DNA from: Gemmatimonadota bacterium
GTDB taxonomy: Bacteria; Gemmatimonadota; Gemmatimonadetes; Palauibacterales; Palauibacteraceae
DNA: 64,000 nucleotides
Assembly (NCBI GenBank): GCA_039714435.1
Contig: JBDLJJ010000001.1
Span: 3,717 to 67,716 of the forward strand
Reading direction: 5' to 3'
Part shown: in pieces, positions 9,277-16,397 of the stretch
Layout of the letters: every line of letters starts with the position of its first letter
How positions within the stretch are numbered: position 1 is the first letter of the stretch
Notes under the pieces: generated by a model
Databases searched by the model: none
What the model saw: only the letters and a program-made list of their open reading frames with translations
What the model was told of the DNA's origin: nothing
Made by a program: the position numbers and the translations under genes

Positions 9277-10338
9277 ATGACGCTACAGCCTCTTCTGGAC
9301 ATGTCTCCGTCGGACGCCGAGCAGTCGCTGACGGACTTCCTGGCGGCACGTGGCGAGGAGCCATATCGGGCCCGGCAGATCCTGTCATGGGTTTATGAGC
9401 ACAGAGCGACCTCATTCGCGGATATGAGTTCGCTGCCCGCCCCGGTCAGAACCGCGCTAGCGGACGAATACTCGTTGACACTTCTGAGCGAAGCCTTTTC
9501 AGCCAGATCCAGAGACGGGACACTGAAGCACCTGTGGGCCCTGGACGACGGCGAGCAGGTGGAGTCGGTGTTAATCCCCGTGGAAGGACGCGTCACGCTG
9601 TGTATTTCCTCGCAGGTGGGCTGCGCGCTGGGCTGTGGGTTCTGCGCCACCGGTATGTTCGGTTTTCGGCGGCAGCTCAGTGCTGCCGAGATCGCGGCCC
9701 AGTTTCGAGAGGCCGACGGAGCTTCACGGCGGGCCTTCGGCCGGCCCGTATCGAATCTCGTCTACATGGGAATGGGCGAGCCTTTCGCCAACGCGGACGC
9801 GGTCTTCACGTCGCTGTCCGTGATTCACGGCGGTTTCGGCTTCGGAGCCCGCCGAATCACAGTGTCCACCGTAGGCCTGATCCCCGGAATTCGGCGCCTG
9901 GCCGCCCGCCCGGAAGCGTTTCGGCTGGCGGTTTCTCTGCACGCGCCAAACCATGAGCTGCGGATGACGCTTGTCCCCATCGAGCAGCGCTACCCCCTGC
10001 CGGAGCTGTTCGAGGCGCTGCGGGACTACCAGAAGATCAAGAATAGGCGAATCACATTCGAGTACACCCTGATCGAAGGGATCAACGACTCGGTCGAGCT
10101 GGCGGACCAGCTGGCCGATATTTCCACTGGCCTGGACGTATTCGTTAACCTGATTCCGCTCAACCCGGTCCCGGGAATCGATTTGCGCCCCAGCCCGAGG
10201 CGGCAGGTGGACAAGTTTCGTATGGCTCTCGAGGCGCGCGGAATTCCGGCCGCCGTGCGCCAGCCACGGGGACGGGATATCGCCGCGGCCTGCGGTCAGC
10301 TTCGACTTGAGCGCGACGCGGCGGCTACGTCTCGGTAG
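9277..10338 (+). CDS. rlmN: Dual-specificity rRNA/tRNA m2A methyltransferase RlmN (radical SAM).
   Basis: It has a CxxxCxxC cluster in the context SSQVGCALGCGFCATG and a C-terminal DIAAACGQL. The N-terminus RARQILSWVY matches RlmN. The ATG at 9277 is preferred over the track's GTG at 9253. Confidence 0.9.
   Translation: MTLQPLLDMSPSDAEQSLTDFLAARGEEPYRARQILSWVYEHRATSFADMSSLPAPVRTALADEYSLTLLSEAFSARSRDGTLKHLWALDDGEQVESVLIPVEGRVTLCISSQVGCALGCGFCATGMFGFRRQLSAAEIAAQFREADGASRRAFGRPVSNLVYMGMGEPFANADAVFTSLSVIHGGFGFGARRITVSTVGLIPGIRRLAARPEAFRLAVSLHAPNHELRMTLVPIEQRYPLPELFEALRDYQKIKNRRITFEYTLIEGINDSVELADQLADISTGLDVFVNLIPLNPVPGIDLRPSPRRQVDKFRMALEARGIPAAVRQPRGRDIAAACGQLRLERDAAATSR
10128..10240 (+). repeat. 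Direct repeat copy 1 (about 110 bp), forming the functional 3' end of rlmN.
   Basis: It is about 90% identical to 11688-11800 by my own alignment (cctggacgtattcgttaacctgattccgctcaacccggtcccgggaatcgatttgcgccccagcccgaggcggcaggtggacaagtttcgtatggctctcgagg). Confidence 0.8.
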
Positions 10339-10470
10339 GGGGTGGTTTGCCAAGAGGTCGTGTCGGCCTATTGCTATCCTGACCCAAAACGCGATCTTGG
10401 TTCAGTTTAATTCATAAGTTGAACTATAGAGACTGTCGGGATCAGAATGCGCGGAGAGCACATCCCCTGT

Positions 10471-11643
10471 ATGTGGGAGTGGAATCCCACTCTTTACGCA
10501 CCCGCTCGGTACCGCCGAGCCTGCAAGTTTGAGGCTTTCCTTCCATACCCGCTAGCCCTCTCTGACTTCAACCTGAGCGCTGAGATTGCAGGCATCGTTT
10601 CTGACGCAGAACAGGCAATTCTGAAGCTCAATGCACGGGCAGACCCGGCTCTTACACCACTGGCTCGCCTTCTCCTCCGCACTGAGTCCATCGCATCCTC
10701 TAAGGTCGAGGGCCTGCAGGTTGGAATCCGACAGCTCGCTCGCGCCGAGTCGAGGATGGAGACGGGAGGCAAAATCTCGCGAACCGTCCTCGAGGTCATC
10801 GGCAACATCGATGCGATGGAGCTAGCTGTAGAGCAAGCTGCTGCGGCCGATTCTGTTTGCCTCGGGCACATTACTGAAATCCATCGAGAATTGATGGCAA
10901 ACGCTCCCAACTCTCGATGCGCGGGAGTGGTGCGTACTGAACAGAACTGGATTGGCGGAAACGATTACAATCCTTGCGGCGCCGACTTCGTGCCACCGCC
11001 ACCAGAGCACGTAGACCGACTCCTACAGGATCTGTGTGAGGCGATTGCGGATGAATCCCTTTCTCCTCTCGTTCAGGCCGCGATGGTGCACGGACAATTC
11101 GAAACCATCCACCCTTTTGACGACGGAAACGGCCGCACCGGTCGCGCCTTGATCCATGTGGTGCTCCGAAGGAGAGGGGTGGCGGTGTCCTACGTTCCTC
11201 CGATCAGCGTCATGCTAGCCAGGGATCGGACCGGATATATAAATGGCCTCGTCGAGTTCAGGGAAGACCAGATCGGCTCTTGGATCGCCGGTTTCGCAGC
11301 AGCGGCGGCTCAAGCCGCAAGGTTAGCTGAATGCTATCTGGAGGCCGTCAACCTCCAAATGGATGAGTGGAGAAAACGGCTTTCGCAGGGCCCCAACCCC
11401 AGAGCCGATGCGGCGGCCTGGGCGTTAATCGAGGTTCTTCCCGCACACCCAATCATCACGACCCCGGTAGCCGCCGCCGCGACTGGCAGAGCCAAGGCGG
11501 CAGTCCACCAAGCGGTTAGTCAGCTAACCGATTGTGGCGTATTGGAAGCGATCTCATCGTCCAAACGCAACCGGTCTTGGGAAGTGATGGGTCTTCTGGA
11601 ACTTCTGGAGAACCTTGAGGCGGGTGAAATGCCAACGGGTTAG
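10471..11643 (+). CDS. Fic family protein (class II, self-inhibited AMPylator) with a C-terminal winged-helix region.
   Basis: It has a canonical Fic active-site motif HPFDDGNGRTGR. An N-terminal inhibitory-helix motif SSKVEG ((S/T)xxxEG) is on the same chain. Its MWEWNP start is typical of this Fic subfamily. The gene has lower GC than its flanks and is preceded by a 130-bp AT-rich spacer. Confidence 0.85.
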   Translation: MWEWNPTLYAPARYRRACKFEAFLPYPLALSDFNLSAEIAGIVSDAEQAILKLNARADPALTPLARLLLRTESIASSKVEGLQVGIRQLARAESRMETGGKISRTVLEVIGNIDAMELAVEQAAAADSVCLGHITEIHRELMANAPNSRCAGVVRTEQNWIGGNDYNPCGADFVPPPPEHVDRLLQDLCEAIADESLSPLVQAAMVHGQFETIHPFDDGNGRTGRALIHVVLRRRGVAVSYVPPISVMLARDRTGYINGLVEFREDQIGSWIAGFAAAAAQAARLAECYLEAVNLQMDEWRKRLSQGPNPRADAAAWALIEVLPAHPIITTPVAAAATGRAKAAVHQAVSQLTDCGVLEAISSSKRNRSWEVMGLLELLENLEAGEMPTG

Positions 11644-11687
11644 CCCACCCCTTCCTGGCGCACGCGCCGGCATCTCCACCCGCCTGG

Positions 11688-11800
11688 ACGTGTTCGTCAA
11701 CCTGATTCCGCTCAACCAGGTCCCGGGAATCATTTGGCGCCCCAGCCCCAGACGGCAGGTGGAGAAGTTTCGCATGGCTCTCGAGGAGAGGCTGGAGCTG
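11688..11800 (+). pseudogene. Displaced remnant of the rlmN 3' end (direct repeat copy 2).
   Basis: It encodes DVFVNLIPLNQVPGIIWRPSPRRQVEKFRMALEE, which matches RlmN residues DVFVNLIPLNPVPGIDLRPSPRRQVDKFRMALEA, and then diverges. It lacks the RlmN C-terminus and abuts the 3' end of the convergent LytR_C gene. Confidence 0.7.
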
Positions 11801-12256
11801 CTAGCGGCTGCCGCTGAAGGAGCGCCAGTCCTGGCCCAGAATCACGGTGGCGTCAAGGCGGAGATCCGGCCGGGGTTCGTGCACGACGGGCGGACCGCCC
11901 AGCGAATCGGCCACCTCGGCGGCGGCCCCGGCGACCCCGCTGCGATCTACCACGGTGGTCCGTTCGTAGTCGAACCGCTTCGCGTTGCCGTAGGTCTTTA
12001 CGTCGAAGCCCATGGCGCGCAGCCGGTCGGCCACCTGCTCGGCCGCGCCCTTCTCCCCCGCCCCGTTCAGCACCTCGACCCCGATTCGGTCATCCAGGGG
12101 CGCGCGGCCGGCCGTGGCCGGACGTCCCGAGAACACCCCCGGAGGCCCGCCTGCATCGAGCCGCGTATGCCGCCACTCGAGCCAGAATGAACCGACAAGT
12201 ACTCCGACGCCGACCAGTACGGCCACGACCAGGAGTGTGTGGAGCCTATTCTTCAC
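11801..12256 (-). CDS. LytR_C (cell-envelope-related transcriptional attenuator C-terminal) domain membrane protein.
   Basis: 151 aa. It has an N-terminal TM helix and a LytR_C-like core (VEVLNGAGEKGAAEQVADRLRAMGFDVKTYGNAK...TTVV). Confidence 0.65.
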   Translation of the reverse strand: MKNRLHTLLVVAVLVGVGVLVGSFWLEWRHTRLDAGGPPGVFSGRPATAGRAPLDDRIGVEVLNGAGEKGAAEQVADRLRAMGFDVKTYGNAKRFDYERTTVVDRSGVAGAAAEVADSLGGPPVVHEPRPDLRLDATVILGQDWRSFSGSR

Positions 12257-12821
12257 TGGCTACCAACCGGTTCCAGTAGTGAATGGACTCGAGAAGCACT
12301 TCGTGCCCGTTAGACAGAGCGCCAGCCACCCGGAGCTGGATGACCTCCTTGAGGACCCTCTGTCGATCCTCCGGCAGCTTTTCTCTCAGCGAGGCGCGCC
12401 TCTTCCGCCTGAACGTGCGGCCCGGCTCCAGATAGTCCGCCAGGTACAGGTAGTCGGCCAGGAGTCCGAAGTCCGGGTGTCCGGTCGAATGATACGACAT
12501 GGCGAGGAGAAATTCCTCGTCATCCACACCGGCCCGGCGCAGCCGCTCGGCGCAGGCGGGACCGTGTAGCAGTTTGGCTGGCCAGCGACCATCCGCCAAG
12601 GGCCGAAGTTCTTCGGGACCGGCGTCTTTCAGCGCGTCATGCAGGTAGCCAGCCGCCTTCCAGCGCACCACTTGCTTGCGCGACAAGCCGAGAGCCTTGG
12701 CCCATTCTCCCATCAGACGCGAGACGCGGCGCACGTGTTTGATCCTCTTCGGATCGCAGCGGGCCCACTTGGGGAGCTGCTCTTCCTCGCCCGCCTTTCG
12801 AATTAGCGGATGGAGCTTCAC
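12246..12821 (-). CDS. yqeK: YqeK-family HD phosphohydrolase (putative symmetrical Ap4A hydrolase).
   Basis: It has an HD domain (YLHD) and the YqeK-specific motifs AMSYHSTGHP and LYLADYLEPGR. I chose the internal GTG at 12821, which forms a GTGA overlap with the panC stop, over the track's longer 12893 start. Confidence 0.75.
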   Translation of the reverse strand: MKLHPLIRKAGEEEQLPKWARCDPKRIKHVRRVSRLMGEWAKALGLSRKQVVRWKAAGYLHDALKDAGPEELRPLADGRWPAKLLHGPACAERLRRAGVDDEEFLLAMSYHSTGHPDFGLLADYLYLADYLEPGRTFRRKRRASLREKLPEDRQRVLKEVIQLRVAGALSNGHEVLLESIHYWNRLVASEE

Positions 12822-13705
12822 AGGTCCGCCGTCCCGCCCAGCGGCGTGTTGTCGATCAGCCGAGTAGAGCCGACGACCGCGGCCACGGCGCATACCGAAC
12901 GGGCGCCCGCTTCAGCGTCCTCGTTCAGAGTCTCTGGATCGACCACGGCCACGTATTCTGGCGTCAGTCCGGCCGTTTCCAACACACCAGACGCCGCCTG
13001 CTTGAGTCTCAGAGCGTCGGTCTCTCCGCCAGCGAAGCTGGCGCAAGCGGCCCGCAAACCGCCAGCCAGGGCCAGGGCCTGGACTCGTTGTTCGGGGCTC
13101 AGGTACACGTTGCGCGAGCTGAGGGCCAGGCCGTCCGCCTCTCGAACGACGGGCGCCACGTCTATCTCAACCGGCAGCGCCAGATCCCGGCACATGGCCC
13201 GGATCAGCACCGATTGCTGAAAATCCTTGCGCCCGAACACCGCCGCCGATGGCTCCACGATCTGAAACAGCTTCAGTACGACCGTGAGCACGCCGCGAAA
13301 GTGGCCCGGCCGGCTGGCGCCGCACAGCGTACCGGCCAGCGGACCCGGATCTACCCAGATTCGCTGAGGACTCGGATACATCTCATGCTCTTCCGGCGCG
13401 AATACGTAGTCGGCTCCCCGGGCCCCTGCCAACTCGATATCGGCCGACAGGTCGCGCGGATAGCGGGAGAAATCTTCGCCTGGGCCAAACTGGGACGGGT
13501 TCACGAAAATCGACACGCACACATGGTCAGCCAGGGAGCGGGCCCGATCGATCAGGCTCAGATGTCCCTCGTGCAGCGATCCCATAGTAGGGACGAGAGC
13601 TAGCGAGCTGCCGCCGTCCCGCAGGCGCCGCGACAGCCCTCTCATCTCGCGGACGGTGCGCAGAACAGGCAGATCGCCGAACACCTCAGGCTGCCGGCCA
13701 GGCAC
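12818..13705 (-). CDS. panC: Pantoate--beta-alanine ligase (pantothenate synthetase).
   Basis: 295 aa with LALVPTMGSLHEGHLSLI (HIGH-type) and a PanC fold. It is contiguous with panB. Confidence 0.9.
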   Translation of the reverse strand: MPGRQPEVFGDLPVLRTVREMRGLSRRLRDGGSSLALVPTMGSLHEGHLSLIDRARSLADHVCVSIFVNPSQFGPGEDFSRYPRDLSADIELAGARGADYVFAPEEHEMYPSPQRIWVDPGPLAGTLCGASRPGHFRGVLTVVLKLFQIVEPSAAVFGRKDFQQSVLIRAMCRDLALPVEIDVAPVVREADGLALSSRNVYLSPEQRVQALALAGGLRAACASFAGGETDALRLKQAASGVLETAGLTPEYVAVVDPETLNEDAEAGARSVCAVAAVVGSTRLIDNTPLGGTADL

Positions 13706-13706
13706 C

Positions 13707-14537
13707 TCAGTCGCCGTAGGATTCTTCCTGGGAAGGATAGCCGCCGTCCTTCACCGCTTTGATGTAATCGTCTACCGCTAAGCTGACCTCGCCGGCCAGA
13801 GAACCGAACCGGCGCAGAAACTTCGGCGTGAAGCCGGGATTGAGCCCGAGCATATCGGGCAGAACAAGAACCTGGCCGTCGCACTCGGCGCCAGCCCCGA
13901 TCCCGATCGTCGGCATGTCTACAGCCCTGGAAATCTCGCCCGCAAGCTCCGCCGGAACCAGCTCTAGGACCAAACTGAAGCAGCCGGCTTCGTCCAGACC
14001 TGTGGCGGCTGTCTTGATGGCCTCCGCCTGCTCCGCCCCACGGCCCTGGACGCGGTAGCCCCCGAATCGGTGCAGCGCCTGCGGCGTGAGTCCGAGGTGG
14101 CCCATCACCGGAATGCCCGCGTTTACCAGGGCGCGAACACGGCTCACCGTAGCGGCGTCGCCTCCTTCCAACTTGACGGCCTCGGCGCCGGTCTCCTTCA
14201 GAACACGGCCGGCGTTCCTGAGAGCGTCTTCGTCGCTGATCTGATAGCTCAGAAACGGCAGGTCCACTACGAGAAGCGCCTTCGAGATAGCCCTGCGCAC
14301 GGCTCTCGAATGGTGAATCATCTCGTCCAGCGTAACCGGCAGGGTGGAGTCGTATCCCAGGATCACCTGGCCTAGAGAGTCGCCCACCAGGATGACATCG
14401 ATCGCCGTTTTGTCCAGCAGGCTGCCGAACAGGTGGTCATAGCAGGTCAAGACCGCGATCTTTTCGCCGCGCTCCTTCATCTCACGGAGAGTTCGGGTCG
14501 TGACCCTGTGTGCCTTTGGACTCGGGGCGCTGGACAC
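13707..14537 (-). CDS. panB: 3-methyl-2-oxobutanoate hydroxymethyltransferase.
   Basis: 276 aa with KIAVLTCYDHLFGSLLD and a TIM-barrel PanB signature. Confidence 0.9.
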   Translation of the reverse strand: MSSAPSPKAHRVTTRTLREMKERGEKIAVLTCYDHLFGSLLDKTAIDVILVGDSLGQVILGYDSTLPVTLDEMIHHSRAVRRAISKALLVVDLPFLSYQISDEDALRNAGRVLKETGAEAVKLEGGDAATVSRVRALVNAGIPVMGHLGLTPQALHRFGGYRVQGRGAEQAEAIKTAATGLDEAGCFSLVLELVPAELAGEISRAVDMPTIGIGAGAECDGQVLVLPDMLGLNPGFTPKFLRRFGSLAGEVSLAVDDYIKAVKDGGYPSQEESYGD

Positions 14538-14626
14538 TCTGGCTCCAGTTCAGGAAGTAGGCCGGCGGACGGAATGTCTATGAATACAATTTGGACACTC
14601 GGCGCACCACCCACGAAAGGGCTGCC

Positions 14627-16336
14627 ATGACGATTCGGCACGATTCCGTACTCGTGCAAGCTCTGGCCCGGGAGATATCAGAGCGCTGGAGCGGGTGCGC
14701 TGTCGTGGGACTTCATCTCGCTCCCGAGCAGCACCGGGCCCAGCTCGTGTTCGAGGACGGCTCGGCTCTGCTGGCCTGTCTGGAGCCCGGCGCGGGCTAC
14801 ATTCTGGCCCAAGCTGAGGTCGCCCCGCCGGCGAAGGGACGCATGACTTTCGCCAGGAAGGGACTGCGCTTGGCGGGGGCCGCCGCGCCGCCTGACGAGC
14901 GCGTTCTGCTGATCGAGTTGGCCAACGATGAGGGCCAGGTTCGATCCACCTTCGTGCTCGAGCTGCAGCCCCGAAAGTGGAACGCCGCCTACGTGACGTC
15001 GGGCCAGGGACTGGTTCGAGCGGCGCTGCGCCAGCAGACCCGGGGCGAGCGGACGTTGATCGGCGGGAAGCCATATTCGGCGCCAGCCAGCCGGCGCTCC
15101 TGGGCCGCTGATCTGCCGTCCGGCGCAGATTGGGCGGCGACGATCGTGGGCCTGGAGGTCGAGGGCCGGCGTGCAGCGATCCTGGCCAGTATTTCGTATA
15201 CGAGTGGTTTGAACGTGGACTTCCTCCTGGGCTCCGCCATGGCGTGCACGGATGTGGGCGCCGACGAGTTGAAGCAGGCCTATGACCGCTACACGGCGCT
15301 CCGGACCTGGACGCCCGGCGCGGCCGCCTGGCTGGTGTCGACTCCGGCCGGCTTACAGCCCTACGTGTCCAGCCTGTCCGATCCGGGCGCCGCGAGTTTC
15401 GGTTCCCTGCTCGAGGCCATGGGCTCCGCCGCAGATGGGAGTGATTCAGCCAGGAGCACGGCCCTGTCGGAATGGCGCGCGGCGGACCGGACTGGAGAGG
15501 AAGCGGATCTGGAGCTCGCCCTGCGGCGGAAGCTGAACCGCATCGAGCGCCGGCTGGCAGCGATGCGGCGACAGATAGAGGCGGGCGGCGGTGATGAGCT
15601 CCGGCAGATCGGGCACCTGCTGCTGGCCAAGCAGCATGAGATTGAGCGCGGTGCGGGCGAGGCCACACTCGAGGACTTCAGCGGCGAACTGCGCACCATA
15701 GAACTGGATCCGGCCCTGAGTGTTACGGACAATGCCGCCAGCTATTACGAGTCCGCCCGCCGCCGTGACCGGGCCCTGAGCAGGCTCCCGGCCAAGATTC
15801 GAGGCGACGAAAGAACTGCGGGCCGGCTGCGCGACGCTCTCGGCCTCCTCGGCGCCGAGGGAGCCAGCCCGGAAGCGTGGAAGCTGGCCGGTGGGCGGCC
15901 AGCCGTGGCTCAGGCACCTCCGGGCGCCGCTGACGCGACAAGTCTCCCCTATCGCGTTCTACATACCACCAGCGGCCGCGAAATCCGCGTCGGCCGCTCC
16001 GCCCGCGGCAACGACGACCTCACCTTTCGCCACTCCTCGCCGGACGACGTGTGGCTGCACGCCCGCCAGGTGCACGGCGCGCATGTCATCCTGCGCTGGG
16101 ACAGTAAGGATCAGAACCCGTCTCGCCGCGATCTGCAGGAGGCCGCGGTGGCGGCGGCCTGCAACAGCGAGGCCCGGCACAGCGGTACGGTGGCCGTCGA
16201 CTGGACGCGGCGGAAATACGTTCGGAAGCCGCGCAAAGCGCCGCCCGGCTCGGTTACCGTGGAGCGCACGAGAACGCTGTTCGTGTCACCCGATGAAACC
16301 CTTCTGAAGCGCCTCGCGGCCGAGCCGGATTCCTGA
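14627..16336 (+). CDS. NFACT-family protein (FbpA/RqcH-like; NFACT-N plus C-terminal NFACT-R/DUF814).
   Basis: About 570 aa with a coiled-coil middle region. The C-terminus has DVWLHARQVHGAHVILRW, typical of DUF814/NFACT-R. The ATG at 14627 is preferred over the track's TTG at 14591. Confidence 0.7.
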   Translation: MTIRHDSVLVQALAREISERWSGCAVVGLHLAPEQHRAQLVFEDGSALLACLEPGAGYILAQAEVAPPAKGRMTFARKGLRLAGAAAPPDERVLLIELANDEGQVRSTFVLELQPRKWNAAYVTSGQGLVRAALRQQTRGERTLIGGKPYSAPASRRSWAADLPSGADWAATIVGLEVEGRRAAILASISYTSGLNVDFLLGSAMACTDVGADELKQAYDRYTALRTWTPGAAAWLVSTPAGLQPYVSSLSDPGAASFGSLLEAMGSAADGSDSARSTALSEWRAADRTGEEADLELALRRKLNRIERRLAAMRRQIEAGGGDELRQIGHLLLAKQHEIERGAGEATLEDFSGELRTIELDPALSVTDNAASYYESARRRDRALSRLPAKIRGDERTAGRLRDALGLLGAEGASPEAWKLAGGRPAVAQAPPGAADATSLPYRVLHTTSGREIRVGRSARGNDDLTFRHSSPDDVWLHARQVHGAHVILRWDSKDQNPSRRDLQEAAVAAACNSEARHSGTVAVDWTRRKYVRKPRKAPPGSVTVERTRTLFVSPDETLLKRLAAEPDS

Positions 16337-16397
16337 CCGGCGCCGGGGTGGATCAAGGGCCGGCGGGGGCGCCGGCGCGCAAGTTGGCGGCAAGCAG

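Noticed and set aside
10397-10432. An inverted repeat GTTCA-N15-TGAAC with TATAGA upstream of fic, as a possible operator or Gram-positive-type LexA box.
   Set aside because: The arms are only 5 bp, and the sequence does not fit GAAC-N4-GTTC or the direct-repeat boxes seen at lexA. It is most likely just the AT-rich promoter of the island.
10026-11775. Two minus-strand ORFs (10026-10214 and 11554-11775) encoding similar peptides (STCRLGLGR...IPGT.LSGIRLTNTSR).
   Set aside because: They are simply the antisense reading of the two direct-repeat copies of the rlmN 3' end, not a duplicated gene.
10339-11800. A search for an integrase, transposase or IS element to explain the Fic insertion.
   Set aside because: The only substantial ORF between the repeats is fic. 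No DDE, tyrosine-recombinase or serine-recombinase motifs are present anywhere in the window. The mobility mechanism is therefore left open rather than called.
14550-15668. A 372-aa Pro/Arg-rich minus-strand ORF.
   Set aside because: It lies entirely antisense to the well-supported NFACT gene (14627-16336). Its low-complexity P/R/S composition is typical of GC-rich antisense frames, and it has no motifs.
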